Positions 27,091 through 37,126 of a DNA stretch of 64,000 bases are shown here, in pieces. Location of the stretch: positions 4,096,001 to 4,160,000 of the forward strand of contig CBDCXR010000004.1 of NCBI GenBank assembly GCA_965223845.1, read 5' to 3'. The notes under the pieces were generated by a model. That model ran no database searches. It was not told where the DNA came from and saw nothing but the letters and a program-made list of their open reading frames with translations. How positions within the stretch are numbered: the stretch's first letter is position 1; every line of letters starts with the position of its first letter. A program made the position numbers and the translations under genes. The stretch comes from Planctomycetota bacterium. GTDB lineage: Bacteria > Planctomycetota > UBA8108 > SXIK01.

Positions 27091-29528
27091 AGGCGCTCTT
27101 CAACTGGCTGGACGATCGGACTGGGTACCGCGGGTGGCTGCGCGCAGCGCTTTACGAGCACATTCCCGGCGGTTCGCGCTGGCGCTACGTGTGGGGAAGC
27201 ACGCTCGTGTTCACGTTCGTCGTGCAGATCGTGACGGGGATCTTTCTTTGGATGGCATACAGCCCGAGCGCGATCACGGCGTGGGAGAGTGTCTACTACA
27301 TTCAGTACGAGATGCCGGGCGGCTGGCTGCTCCGCGGAATCCACCACTACACCGCGCAGGTGATGATCGTGCTCCTCGCGCTGCATCTCCTGCAGGTCGT
27401 CATCGACGGCGCCTACCGCGCCCCACGCGAGTTCAACTTCTGGACCGGGCTCATCCTCCTTCAAATCGTCATGGGACTCGGTCTCACCGGATATCTCCTT
27501 CCGTGGGATCAGAAGGGCTACTGGGCGACGAAGGTCGCAACGAGCATCGTCGGACTCACCCCGGGCGTAGGTACCGAGCTGCAGCGACTCGTCGTCGGCG
27601 GAAGTGAATACGGCCACCACACGCTCACCCGATTCTTCGCGCTTCACGCCGGAGTGCTCCCCGGCATGATGATCCTCTTCATCGGAGTCCACATTTACTT
27701 CTTTCGGCGAAAGGGAATCCACGCCGCGTCCCCTCGCGCCGCCCGCGACGACAAGTTTTGGCCGAACCAAGTTCTCAAGGACGCGGTCGCTTGTCTCGCC
27801 GTGCTCGCGGTCGTGTTGATCCTCGTCGTGCAGCATCGAATCGCCGATCCTCAAGGCGGCGAGCTCGGCGCTCCGCTCTTCGCGCCCGCGGAGCCGGCGG
27901 AGCCATTCGCTTCGGCCCGCCCGGAGTGGTATTTCCTCTTCCTCTTTCAGTTCCTCAAATTCTTTCCGGGTGAGGCGGAAGTCTGGGGCGCGATCTACAT
28001 CCCCGGAATGGTGCTCGGCGTGATGGCACTCATGCCGATCCTCGGCCGCTGGCGACTCGGCCACCGGTTCAACGTGGTGTTCGTGTTCGCGCTCCTCGCG
28101 GGTGCGGGCGTGCTCACCGCGGCCGCGATCATCGAAGACTCGAAGAAAGACGAATTCCACGAGGCGCTCGCGGACGCGGAGCGAAACGCCGAGCGCATCC
28201 GCGAGCTCGCGCAGTCGCCGACGAAGATTCCACCGACGGGGGCAGCCGGCCTCCTCCGGAACGACCCGTACACCCAGGGGCCGAAGCTGTTCAAGATGTA
28301 CTGCGCGAGCTGTCACCGCTACGACGGGCACGACGGCACCGGCAAGCAGCCCAAGGATCCAGCGAGCGGCGCCGATCTTCGCGGATTCGCGAGCCGCGAA
28401 TGGCTCACCGGCTTCTTCGATCCCGCGCGGATCGATACGTCGCATTACTTCGGGGGCACATCGTTCGCAGACGGCACGATGTCCGAGTGGGTGAAGGACA
28501 ATGTTTCGGAGTTCGACGACGAGGAGAAGGAAAAACTCGCCGCCGTCATCAAGGCTCTCTCGGCCGAAGCTCGGCTGAAGTCTCAGCGACAGGCGGACGT
28601 TTCCGATCGCGACGAGATCGCGCGCGGACGCGGCTATCTCTTGCGCCGGAACGAAAGCGGGGAGCGCGGCCTCAATTGCACACGTTGCCACACGATCGGC
28701 GACGAAGGCCGCCAGCGCGGCCCGGATCTCACGGGCTACGGTTCGCGCGAGTGGCTGCTCGACTTCATCGCCGATCCGGCGCACGAGCGGTTCTACGGCG
28801 AGAACAACGACCGGATGCCGAGCTTCGCGAATCAGCCGATTCCCGATCACCGGTCGATCGAGCTCATCGTCGATTGGCTGCGCGGCGAATGGTTCGTGCT
28901 CGGCGAAGAGCCGTGGGAGCCGCCGGAAGCTGAAGGCGCGACCGGCGACGGTGAAGATGGAGCCGCATCCCCTCCCGTCGACGCGGGCGATGGCTCCCCC
29001 GCGCCCGCGAATGACGAAGGCGGCGCGAATGTCGATCCCCAAGAGAACGGCACCGATGAGAACGAAGCCGACGGGAACGACGCGGACGGGACGGCGAATG
29101 AGGACGCGGGCGCAGGCGCCGAGGCCAGCGAAGACGACTCCGTCGACGCTTCGGCGGGCGCCGACTCCACTCGGACCGTCGAATTCGCGCGGGACGTTCA
29201 GCCCGTCCTCGAGCGGAGCTGCGCGAAGTGTCACGGCGGCAGCAAGCGAAAGCCGAAAGGTGAGTACAACCTGACGACGAAGGATCTCGCGTTCACCGCC
29301 GGCGATTTCGGCGAGCCGCCGATCGTCCCGGGCAAGAAGGCTGCGAGCTATCTCTACCAGCTCATCACCGCCGAAGACGAAGATGAACGCATGCCGCCGG
29401 AAGGCCGCGCGCCGCCGCTCAGCGCGGAAGAGATCGCGCGCATCGGAGTTTGGATTGACTCCGGAGCCGCTTGGCCCGATGGTGTCGAGCTGACGGCGAG
29501 AGAAGAAGAGAGCGAAGAGGAAGGGTAG
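27087..29528 (+). CDS. Cytochrome b (with subunit IV region) fused to a diheme cytochrome c and a C-terminal planctomycete cytochrome c domain
   Basis: Heme b histidines in GIHHY, ALHLL, ALHAG, GVHIY; TGYLLPWDQKGYWA; Qo motif PEWY; CASCH, CTRCH, acidic linker, then FARDVQPVLERSCAKCH...MPP. Confidence 0.9.
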   Translation: MKALFNWLDDRTGYRGWLRAALYEHIPGGSRWRYVWGSTLVFTFVVQIVTGIFLWMAYSPSAITAWESVYYIQYEMPGGWLLRGIHHYTAQVMIVLLALHLLQVVIDGAYRAPREFNFWTGLILLQIVMGLGLTGYLLPWDQKGYWATKVATSIVGLTPGVGTELQRLVVGGSEYGHHTLTRFFALHAGVLPGMMILFIGVHIYFFRRKGIHAASPRAARDDKFWPNQVLKDAVACLAVLAVVLILVVQHRIADPQGGELGAPLFAPAEPAEPFASARPEWYFLFLFQFLKFFPGEAEVWGAIYIPGMVLGVMALMPILGRWRLGHRFNVVFVFALLAGAGVLTAAAIIEDSKKDEFHEALADAERNAERIRELAQSPTKIPPTGAAGLLRNDPYTQGPKLFKMYCASCHRYDGHDGTGKQPKDPASGADLRGFASREWLTGFFDPARIDTSHYFGGTSFADGTMSEWVKDNVSEFDDEEKEKLAAVIKALSAEARLKSQRQADVSDRDEIARGRGYLLRRNESGERGLNCTRCHTIGDEGRQRGPDLTGYGSREWLLDFIADPAHERFYGENNDRMPSFANQPIPDHRSIELIVDWLRGEWFVLGEEPWEPPEAEGATGDGEDGAASPPVDAGDGSPAPANDEGGANVDPQENGTDENEADGNDADGTANEDAGAGAEASEDDSVDASAGADSTRTVEFARDVQPVLERSCAKCHGGSKRKPKGEYNLTTKDLAFTAGDFGEPPIVPGKKAASYLYQLITAEDEDERMPPEGRAPPLSAEEIARIGVWIDSGAAWPDGVELTAREEESEEEG

Positions 29529-29631
29529 GCGCTCTCTCACTCCGCTCGGGGCCCCGTGGGAATCGTTTCGATCGACTAGGGTGGACGCCCCCTGAACGAA
29601 GTGTCGCCGGACGACCGGCGAACGAATTCTC

Positions 29632-30573
29632 ATGAACGTCCACCGTCAGCTCGAGCTCTTCCCCGAGCTCCCGCCGATCGGCCGACCCGATCCCGATGCG
29701 GACGCGCTCCGCTGCCGCGCCGGCGTCGAGTACCACGAGCTCGCGATCCGCGACGTCCTCTGCCGGACGACGAACCATCGCCTCCCCTTCGCGTGGTCGA
29801 TCAATCCCTACCGCGGCTGCGAGTTCGGCTGCACTTACTGCTATGCGCGCTACACGCACGAGTTTCTCGAGCTCGAGCGTTGGGAGGATTTCGAGACGAA
29901 GGTCTTCATCAAGTCCGCGGCGGCCATCGCGCTCCGGCGCCAACTCGGGCGTGCCGCCCGGCGCGGCGAGGGAATCGCGATCGGAACCGCGACTGATCCC
30001 TACCAGCCGGCCGAGCATCGCTACCGCATCACGAGGGGTCTCCTCGAGGTGTTTCGCGAGTTCGAGGGACTCGATTTCTCGATCACGACGAAATCGCCGA
30101 TCGTCATTCGTGACATCGATCTCCTCGCCGATCTGAAGGAGAAGCACCGACTCAGTGTCAACGTCACCGTGACCACTCTCGATCGCGCCCTGGCCCGGCG
30201 ACTGGAGCCTTACGCTCCGGACCCGGCCGCACGAATTCGCACGGTGCGAAAGCTCCTCGAGGCCGGAGTGCGAACGAACATCTTCTGCATGCCGATTCTT
30301 CCCGGAATCAATCACCGCGAGGACTCGCTGCGCCCGCTCTTCGAATCGGTCGAAGGCGTCGACGGCGTCCACGCGAATCTGCTCTTCCTCCGCCCGGCGG
30401 CGCGCCGGCGCTTTCTCCCCTGGCTCGCCGAGGAGTTCCCCCACCTTGAACCTCTCTACGCCGATCTTTTCGGAGCACGAGACTACTTGAGCGATCGCGG
30501 GCGAGATGTCTACCTCGCCGACTTCCGCCGACTCGCAGCCGAATTTGGCGTCGCGGGCTCGACCGATGCGTGA
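29632..30573 (+). CDS. Radical SAM protein, Rv2578c/SplB-like family
   Basis: SINPYRGCEFGCTYCYAR, GTATDPYQPAE, ITTKS, LEP, PILPGI. Confidence 0.88.
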   Translation: MNVHRQLELFPELPPIGRPDPDADALRCRAGVEYHELAIRDVLCRTTNHRLPFAWSINPYRGCEFGCTYCYARYTHEFLELERWEDFETKVFIKSAAAIALRRQLGRAARRGEGIAIGTATDPYQPAEHRYRITRGLLEVFREFEGLDFSITTKSPIVIRDIDLLADLKEKHRLSVNVTVTTLDRALARRLEPYAPDPAARIRTVRKLLEAGVRTNIFCMPILPGINHREDSLRPLFESVEGVDGVHANLLFLRPAARRRFLPWLAEEFPHLEPLYADLFGARDYLSDRGRDVYLADFRRLAAEFGVAGSTDA

Positions 30574-30659
30574 CGGGACTCGGTCGCGATGACGATTGAT
30601 TTCGCGCCCGCTCCCGCGCATCCTTCCTCGAGCTCGACGATTCAGCAGGAGAGAACCGA

Positions 30660-31907
30660 GTGGTGACGGTCGTTTGGGTTCGGCAAGGTCGCGGACGGAG
30701 CGGAGACGCTCTTCACAACGGGCGTGCGCGATGGGCGCTCTCCGTCGCGTGCTTTGCCCTCGCGGTCGTAACAGCCGTGGGCTGCACGCCGAAGCCGTCG
30801 ATCCCGAAAGAGCGCATCGTCGAGGTTCGAGAGGGACGAATCACCCGTGGTGTGATCGCCGTCGGCCGCGTCGAGCCGCGCACGCGGGTCGAACTGAAGT
30901 CGAAGGCGAATGGGATCCTGCAGAAACTGCACGTCGACGTCAGCGACACCGTCACCGCCGGGCAAGTGCTCGCTGAGCTCGACCGGGAGATTCTCGAATC
31001 TCGCGTCGCGGAGGCGGAAGGGAAGCTCGCCCAGGCCCGGGCAAGCGTCGATCTGGCGAACGCCGATCTGAAGCAGCTCGAGCTCGAGAAGGACGATCCG
31101 GAGTTTCTCTTCGCGAAGAAGAACTGGGAGCGGCTGCAGAAGCTCGCGGAAGATGAGATCGCTTCGGAAGAGGAGCTCGAGACGGGGCTCGAGCGGAAGA
31201 CGAAGGCCGAGTACCGCTACCGCATCGTCGAATCCCGCTACGAGGGCGCGCTCGCGACGGTAGCGGCGGCCAAAGGTGCTCTGGCCGAGAGCGAAGCGCT
31301 GGCCGCCCGCGCGCGCCAAGAGCTTGCCGAAGCAAAGATCGTGAGCCCGATCGACGGGGTTGTCCTCTACCGCTATCTCGAGGAAGGCGATGCAGTGTCC
31401 TCGATCCGCGTCGCCGGGGGCAACGCGACCGTCATCATGACTCTCGGTGACCTGAGCGAGCTCTACGTCGACGGCGAAGTCGACGAGATCGACGTCGGGC
31501 GCATCATCGATGGCCAACGGGCGAAGGAAGCCCTCTCGGCCCGCGTCACGATCGAGAGCTACAAGAGCCGAGAGTTTTTCGGGCGAGTGACGCGGGTCAC
31601 TCCACTCGGTCTCGAAGACGAGAACGGCATCGTGACGTTTGAAGTGCGGATCGTGTTCGACAATCCGGAGCGCCTCCTCCTCGCCAATATGACGGCGAAC
31701 TCGCAGATCATCATCGAGGAGAAAGAGAACGCTCTGCTCGTCTCTCAGGGAGCGCTTCTCACCGAGGGAAAGAAGCGGTTCCTCGAAGTCTACGATCCGG
31801 CGAAGGCGGAGGCCGTACGACGCGAGGTGAAGATCGGCATCACCGACGGCGCTCAGGTGGAAGTCGAAAGCGGGATCGCGAAGGGGGAGAGGATCGTGCT
31901 GCCGTAG
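30660..31907 (+). CDS. Periplasmic adaptor (MacA/HlyD family)
   Basis: Lipoyl half-motifs VDVSDTVTAGQVLAELD and IVSPIDGVV, coiled-coil hairpin, VDEIDVGRI; lipobox-like AVGC. Confidence 0.9.
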   Translation: MVTVVWVRQGRGRSGDALHNGRARWALSVACFALAVVTAVGCTPKPSIPKERIVEVREGRITRGVIAVGRVEPRTRVELKSKANGILQKLHVDVSDTVTAGQVLAELDREILESRVAEAEGKLAQARASVDLANADLKQLELEKDDPEFLFAKKNWERLQKLAEDEIASEEELETGLERKTKAEYRYRIVESRYEGALATVAAAKGALAESEALAARARQELAEAKIVSPIDGVVLYRYLEEGDAVSSIRVAGGNATVIMTLGDLSELYVDGEVDEIDVGRIIDGQRAKEALSARVTIESYKSREFFGRVTRVTPLGLEDENGIVTFEVRIVFDNPERLLLANMTANSQIIIEEKENALLVSQGALLTEGKKRFLEVYDPAKAEAVRREVKIGITDGAQVEVESGIAKGERIVLP

Positions 31908-31976
31908 TCGACGCGTTGATCGGGGGCGATCGGTTCGTTCCGGTTCTTCTTCCTGTTTCTTGAAGAACGTGCACCA

Positions 31977-32014
<38 letters not shown>

Positions 32015-32084
32015 GTGTCGGGTACGGGTACGGCTTCGGGACAGGATCGCAGGCTAGCGCGAAGCCCCGACCTCAGGACAAACC

Positions 32085-33491
32085 ATGCGACCAGCGGTGC
32101 TCCTTAGCCACTCCGTGAGCGAAGCCATCGCGAGCCTCGGCCGCGAATGGCGCCGCCTTCTTCCGATGTCGCTCGGGATCGTCTGGGGGATGGCGTCGAT
32201 CATGGTACTTCTCGCCGTCGCGACCGGTTTCGAACGGAGTCAGAAGCGAGCGCTCAGCGCGTACGGCGATCGCTTCGTTCTCCTCCGGGTCAATCGGGCC
32301 GAGCTCGATCGCGCGGGTGCTCGGCGAATGCCGCGGCTGCGCATGGACACGCGGGACGTCGAGCGGCTCCGCCGCGGCGCTCCAGCGATTCGCCGACTGA
32401 GTCCCATGGTGATGGCCTACCGCGCGCGCATCACCGCAGAGAGTGGGGCGGGAACGGGAGTCTTCGTCGCCGGAGCGCTGCCCGAGATCGCACAGCTTCG
32501 CCATCTTCCTCTCGCCGAGGGTCGGTTCTACAACGAGATCGAGAACGCCGAACGCCGGCGAGTCATCGTGCTCGGGCCGACAGCCCGAAAGCAGCTCTTC
32601 GGCACTCGACCCGCGATCGGCGAGAAGGTTCGCGTCGCGGGATTCGCGACGGCGGAGATTCCCCAGCGCTCCGCTCCGCCCTCGCCGGAGATCGCCGGAC
32701 TCCGCGGCGCCGCGTCTCGCGGTTCGGCGGCGTCCGGCTCGCCCTCGAGCATCGTTCCGGTCGCACCCGAGACGGCGCGTGACGTGCAGATCACCGGCGA
32801 GCTGTTCGAGGTGATCGGTGTTCTCGCCGATGTCGAGATTCAGCGCGAATCCTACGTCTCCGTCGCGCGCCTCGCGTTCGTTCCGTATGTGACTGCGTGC
32901 GTCGTGTTCGACGACGACTTCAACACGATCTTCATCGAGCCCCGATCGACGGCGGAGCGCGATCTCGCGATCGAGCAGTTCCGCGAGGTCGTCGGCGCCC
33001 GCTACGGGTTCGAGTCCGACGACCGCAACGCGGTGCTCGTTTACTTCGACGCGATTTCGCGCGCGCAGAGCATCGAAGCGATCTTCGGCTCACTGCGGAT
33101 CTTCCTCGCCCTCGTCGGAGTCCTCATTCTGGGCATCGGTGCGATCGGCGTCATGAACGCGGTTCTCGTCACCGTCACCGCTCGCACGTACGAGATCGGC
33201 CTCCGGAAAGCACTCGGCGCGACGCCTCTCGCGATCTCGATTCAATTCTTCGTCGAGACCGTCGCCGGGTGCTTCGCGAGCGGTGCAGTCGGATTCGCCC
33301 TCGGCGCGAGCGGAATCGCTCTACTCAACGCCGTTCCTCTCCCCGACGGTTTCTCGCGCCCGATCCTCGATCTCGAGACGGCCGGAACGGCGTTCTTACT
33401 TCTCACCGGAGTGGCGATCGTCGTCGGTGTCGCGCCGGCGCGACGCGCGGCCGCCCTTCCGCCCGTAGAGGCTCTGCGAGCGCGGGGATGA
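32085..33491 (+). CDS. ABC transporter permease (MacB/FtsX family)
   Basis: LGIVWG TM1, GRF periplasmic motif, GVMNAVLVTVTARTYEIGLRKALGA, PARRAAALPPVEALR. Confidence 0.9.
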   Translation: MRPAVLLSHSVSEAIASLGREWRRLLPMSLGIVWGMASIMVLLAVATGFERSQKRALSAYGDRFVLLRVNRAELDRAGARRMPRLRMDTRDVERLRRGAPAIRRLSPMVMAYRARITAESGAGTGVFVAGALPEIAQLRHLPLAEGRFYNEIENAERRRVIVLGPTARKQLFGTRPAIGEKVRVAGFATAEIPQRSAPPSPEIAGLRGAASRGSAASGSPSSIVPVAPETARDVQITGELFEVIGVLADVEIQRESYVSVARLAFVPYVTACVVFDDDFNTIFIEPRSTAERDLAIEQFREVVGARYGFESDDRNAVLVYFDAISRAQSIEAIFGSLRIFLALVGVLILGIGAIGVMNAVLVTVTARTYEIGLRKALGATPLAISIQFFVETVAGCFASGAVGFALGASGIALLNAVPLPDGFSRPILDLETAGTAFLLLTGVAIVVGVAPARRAAALPPVEALRARG

Positions 33492-34780
33492 TGCGGGAAG
33501 CGAGCTCGAGCGAAGGATTCCGTCCGTCGATGCCTACCGGTTCGCATGTCGAGCCGAAGAGCCTCCGGGCTCTCGACCTCGCGGCGATGGCGTGCGCCGA
33601 CTTGAGTGCGCGCCCCCTTCGTACGATCCTCACCACGGCGACCTTCGCGACGAGCCTCATCGTCGCGATCGTCCTCATCGCCGCGGGAACGGGACTCCAT
33701 TCCGCGGTGAGCGATATGCTACGCGATCTCGGCGAGGGACAGATCTCCGCCACGCCCGGCCGAACGACCGGCGTCGGCGGTGTTCGCCGTTCCGGACGGC
33801 CGATCCGCATCCGCTACCGGGATCTCGCGGCTCTCGCCCGAAGCTTTCCATCGTTTGACGGAGTCGCCGCCTACTACGATCTCCGCGGCGGCGGCGCTTC
33901 GTCCTACCGCTACTCGATTCCGTGGTCGCCGACGCGTGCCGTCGCGGCCGGATACCGGGATATCCGCGGAATCCCGCTCGCCGAAGGACGGTGGTTCTCG
34001 GCGGCGGAGGAGGAAGGCGGCGCCTGGGTCACCGTGCTCAACTTCGGTCTTCGTGAGATGCTCTTCCGCGACGAGGACGCCGTCGGGCAGTGGATCGAGT
34101 GGCGGGGACGCCGAATGCAGGTCGTCGGCGTCGTCCGTGACGAGGCCGTGTTTCCGTACCTCTTTTTCATTCCGTACGAGACCGTCACCCAGATGGCGGA
34201 CGCCCGCTACATCTCCGGGGTCATCGCGCGTCCGCGGCCGAGCGTCGACTGGAACGCGGCGACGACCGAGCTCAGACGCGCCCTCGCGGGCGTCGGCGGA
34301 TTCGATTGGCGCGACGAGAACGCGCTCGAGATCGAGAGCAATCACGAATTCACGCGTGAAGTGCGCACGCTCACCGGAGCGCTCCACCTCCTCGTTCTCA
34401 CCATCGCCGGCGTGAGCCTCGTCCTCGGGGGCGCTGGGATGGCGAACATGATCGCGATTGGCGTCACCGAACGAACGCGTGAGATCGGACTTCGCAAGGC
34501 ACTCGGAGCGCGGCCGCGTGATCTGTTCGCTCAGGTTCTCGCCGAATCCTCGTTCGTCATCGCGGTGGGCGCAGTTCTCGGTGTCGGCGGCGCCGTCGCG
34601 ATCTGTCGCGCGATCGGCGACGTCCCGATGACGGAGAGGTACTCGGCGAGCATCGAGGTCGGCACGATGCCGTCCGCTATCGCCATCGGCTTTTTGACCG
34701 CCGTCGGTTGGGCGTTTTCGTTTCTTCCTGCGAGGCGATGTGCGCGCCTCGAACCCGTCGACGCGCTGAGGTGGGAATGA
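33488..34780 (+). CDS. ABC transporter permease (MacB/FtsX family), second copy
   Basis: GMANMIAIGVTERTREIGLRKALGA and PARRCARLEPVDALRWE; start overlaps the upstream stop. Confidence 0.88.
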   Translation: MMREASSSEGFRPSMPTGSHVEPKSLRALDLAAMACADLSARPLRTILTTATFATSLIVAIVLIAAGTGLHSAVSDMLRDLGEGQISATPGRTTGVGGVRRSGRPIRIRYRDLAALARSFPSFDGVAAYYDLRGGGASSYRYSIPWSPTRAVAAGYRDIRGIPLAEGRWFSAAEEEGGAWVTVLNFGLREMLFRDEDAVGQWIEWRGRRMQVVGVVRDEAVFPYLFFIPYETVTQMADARYISGVIARPRPSVDWNAATTELRRALAGVGGFDWRDENALEIESNHEFTREVRTLTGALHLLVLTIAGVSLVLGGAGMANMIAIGVTERTREIGLRKALGARPRDLFAQVLAESSFVIAVGAVLGVGGAVAICRAIGDVPMTERYSASIEVGTMPSAIAIGFLTAVGWAFSFLPARRCARLEPVDALRWE

Positions 34781-35505
34781 ACGAAGCGTCTCACGATTCG
34801 ACGGAGCATCCGGTTCCTCTCATCGAGCTGCGCGGCGTCGCCAAAGACTATCCGATGGGAAACGAGACGATCGCAGCCCTCCACGAGATCGATCTCACGA
34901 TCGAGTCGGGCGAGTGGATCGCGATCATGGGTCCGTCCGGATCGGGCAAGTCGACGCTGATGAATCTCATCGGGTGCCTCGACGTGCCGACGCGCGGCTC
35001 GTACCGCATCGCCGGACGGGAAGTGAGCGGACTCGATGAGACCGAGCTCGCGAGGGTCCGCAACGCCGACGTCGGCTTCGTGTTCCAGAGCTTCAATCTG
35101 CTTCCGCGCGCGAGCGCGCTCGCAAACGTCGAGCTGCCGCTCGTCTACCGCGGTGTCGCTCGAGGCGAGCGGCGCGAACGGGCGCGCGCCGCGCTCGAGA
35201 CGGTGGGACTCTCCGACCGCGTCCGTCACCGGCCGTCCGAGCTTTCCGGTGGACAGTGTCAGCGCGTCGCCATCGCACGCGCGCTCGTCACGGAACCGCG
35301 GCTCCTTCTCGCCGACGAGCCGACCGGGAATCTCGATTCGGCGACGACGGAGGAGACTCTCGGCCTCTTCGAAGCGCTGCACGCTCGCGGCCACACTCTC
35401 GTGCTCGTCACTCACGAGAAGGACGTAGCGGAGCGCGCTCAGCGTGCGATTCTCCTTCGGGACGGCCGCATCGCCGATGACTCGAAAGTGGAGGGCTCGA
35501 ATTGA
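34777..35505 (+). CDS. ABC transporter ATP-binding protein (MacB/LolD type)
   Basis: GPSGSGKST, GFVFQSFNL, LSGGQ, LADEPTGNLD, VTH. Confidence 0.95.
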   Translation: MNEASHDSTEHPVPLIELRGVAKDYPMGNETIAALHEIDLTIESGEWIAIMGPSGSGKSTLMNLIGCLDVPTRGSYRIAGREVSGLDETELARVRNADVGFVFQSFNLLPRASALANVELPLVYRGVARGERRERARAALETVGLSDRVRHRPSELSGGQCQRVAIARALVTEPRLLLADEPTGNLDSATTEETLGLFEALHARGHTLVLVTHEKDVAERAQRAILLRDGRIADDSKVEGSN

Positions 35506-36251
35506 TGCTCGCCGCTGGATCGAAGGGGAGGCGCGATTCCAAGTCCTGCTCGCCGCGAGGCGGGGACTTGGTTTCGGCGGCGTGGATGGCGGTGGCGATC
35601 GTTGCGACGCTCGCGGGCTGTCGCGCGTTCGACGCACCGATCGATGAGACGGCGCAGCTCGTAACACCCGAGCTCTCCGGGTGGCACGGCGACTTCGAGC
35701 AGTGGTCGGTCGGCGGCGCGACCGGCGGAAACACTACGATCACCGGCCGGATCGCGCCCGGATCGAACGCGCCACAGACGATCGTCGGTCCGATCGAGGT
35801 CCGCGATTTTTACTTCGCCGCGGAGATGCGCCTCACGCCGGCCAGTGCGCGCGGTGCGATCTACTTCCGCACCCGGCCGACGAGCACCGGCGAGCTACGC
35901 GGTTACCTCGTCGAGCTCGGCGAGGCGCGTCGGGGCGCGTTGAGCCACAGCAGTCGCGAAGTGGCGTCCTCGACCGGCGTCCGCGGAAGCGGCTGGAGCC
36001 GCATCGAGATTCTCGCCGTGGGAAACCGCCTCTGGACGGCTGTCGACGGACGCCTCGCCGCGATCGTCCTCGATCCCGGCGGCGAGCGCTCGGGGCCGAT
36101 TGCGCTTCGTCTCGAGGGGTCGGCCGGCGCGGAGCTGCAGGCGCGGCGCCTCGTTCTCGTTCGCAATCCAACGCTCGAGCTCGCGGGACTCGGGTCCGCC
36201 GAGCTCGAACGGCAACTTCGAGTTACGGTCGAGAAGGAGGCCCTGGACTAG
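35502..36251 (+). CDS. Divergent DUF1080-like lipoprotein
   Basis: Lipobox LAGC; ELSGW, DF...M, GAIYFR, GWSRIEI and SGPIAL pattern. Confidence 0.55.
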   Translation: MMLAAGSKGRRDSKSCSPRGGDLVSAAWMAVAIVATLAGCRAFDAPIDETAQLVTPELSGWHGDFEQWSVGGATGGNTTITGRIAPGSNAPQTIVGPIEVRDFYFAAEMRLTPASARGAIYFRTRPTSTGELRGYLVELGEARRGALSHSSREVASSTGVRGSGWSRIEILAVGNRLWTAVDGRLAAIVLDPGGERSGPIALRLEGSAGAELQARRLVLVRNPTLELAGLGSAELERQLRVTVEKEALD

Positions 36252-36258
36252 CGACGCC

Positions 36259-36939
36259 TCAGGGAGCGTCAGCGGCAGGCTCCGAATCGGCGGCCCCGGG
36301 CGCGTCCGCGGACGGCTCGTGCGCGAGTGCGACCGAATTGATACAGTAGCGAAGCCCGGTCGGCGCTGGTCCATCGTCGAACACGTGCCCGAGATGGGAC
36401 TCGCAGCGGCGGCAATGCACTTCGGTCCGCACACTGAAGAAGCTGCGATCGATCTCCGTACCGATCGCACGCGCGTCGATCGGCTGATAGAAGCTGGGCC
36501 AGCCGGTTCCCGAGTCGAACTTCGTCTCGGAATCGAAGAGCTCATTGCCGCAGGCGACGCACTCGTAGACGCCCGGTGTTTTCGTGTTCCAGTACTCCCC
36601 CGTGAACGCGCGCTCCGTGCCCTGCTTGCGGCACACGCGATACTGCTCGGGTGTGAGCCTCGCTCGCCATTCCTCGTCGCTCAGCATGATCTTGTCCTCC
36701 GGTGGATGAGCCCCTCGAGACGGCGGGGCGCGGTCGAGCGCGCTCGAGCGCGGAGATGGGGCGACCTCGGGCGGAGACGGCGCTTCCTCACCGGAAGCGG
36801 ACGCCGTCGACGGGGGCGGCGACTCCTCGGCGCGTTCGGACTGCGAACATCCGACCGAAACGCCGAGAAGAGCGAAGAACAGAACGGCGTGCGTGAGCAC
36901 CCGCTGGGAGGTCGCCGGATCGTTCGTTCCCTTCGCCAT
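36259..36939 (-). CDS. msrB: Peptide-methionine (R)-S-oxide reductase with lipoprotein-like leader
   Basis: [54 protein letters not shown]; leader ends in VGC. Confidence 0.95.
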   Translation of the reverse strand: MAKGTNDPATSQRVLTHAVLFFALLGVSVGCSQSERAEESPPPSTASASGEEAPSPPEVAPSPRSSALDRAPPSRGAHPPEDKIMLSDEEWRARLTPEQYRVCRKQGTERAFTGEYWNTKTPGVYECVACGNELFDSETKFDSGTGWPSFYQPIDARAIGTEIDRSFFSVRTEVHCRRCESHLGHVFDDGPAPTGLRYCINSVALAHEPSADAPGAADSEPAADAP

Positions 36940-37126
36940 CAGTCGTCTCCGCGTATCTCCTTCCACGTCGCATCGATCTCGTGGATGTTCTCCGTGATCG
37001 GTTTCTCCGCGATGGGGCTGTCCGTGATTGTAACCCCGATTCGTCGGCCCGTTCTACTCCGCCCCGCGTCGTTGAGTGAACGAGTGAGCGCAGCGGAATG
37101 ATCCCGCGGCTCGAGAAAAACATCGC

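Noticed and set aside
29632-30573. Radical SAM plus ABC exporter as a RiPP biosynthetic cluster
   Set aside because: The enzyme is Rv2578c/SplB-like with no SPASM cysteines, and no precursor peptide is evident.
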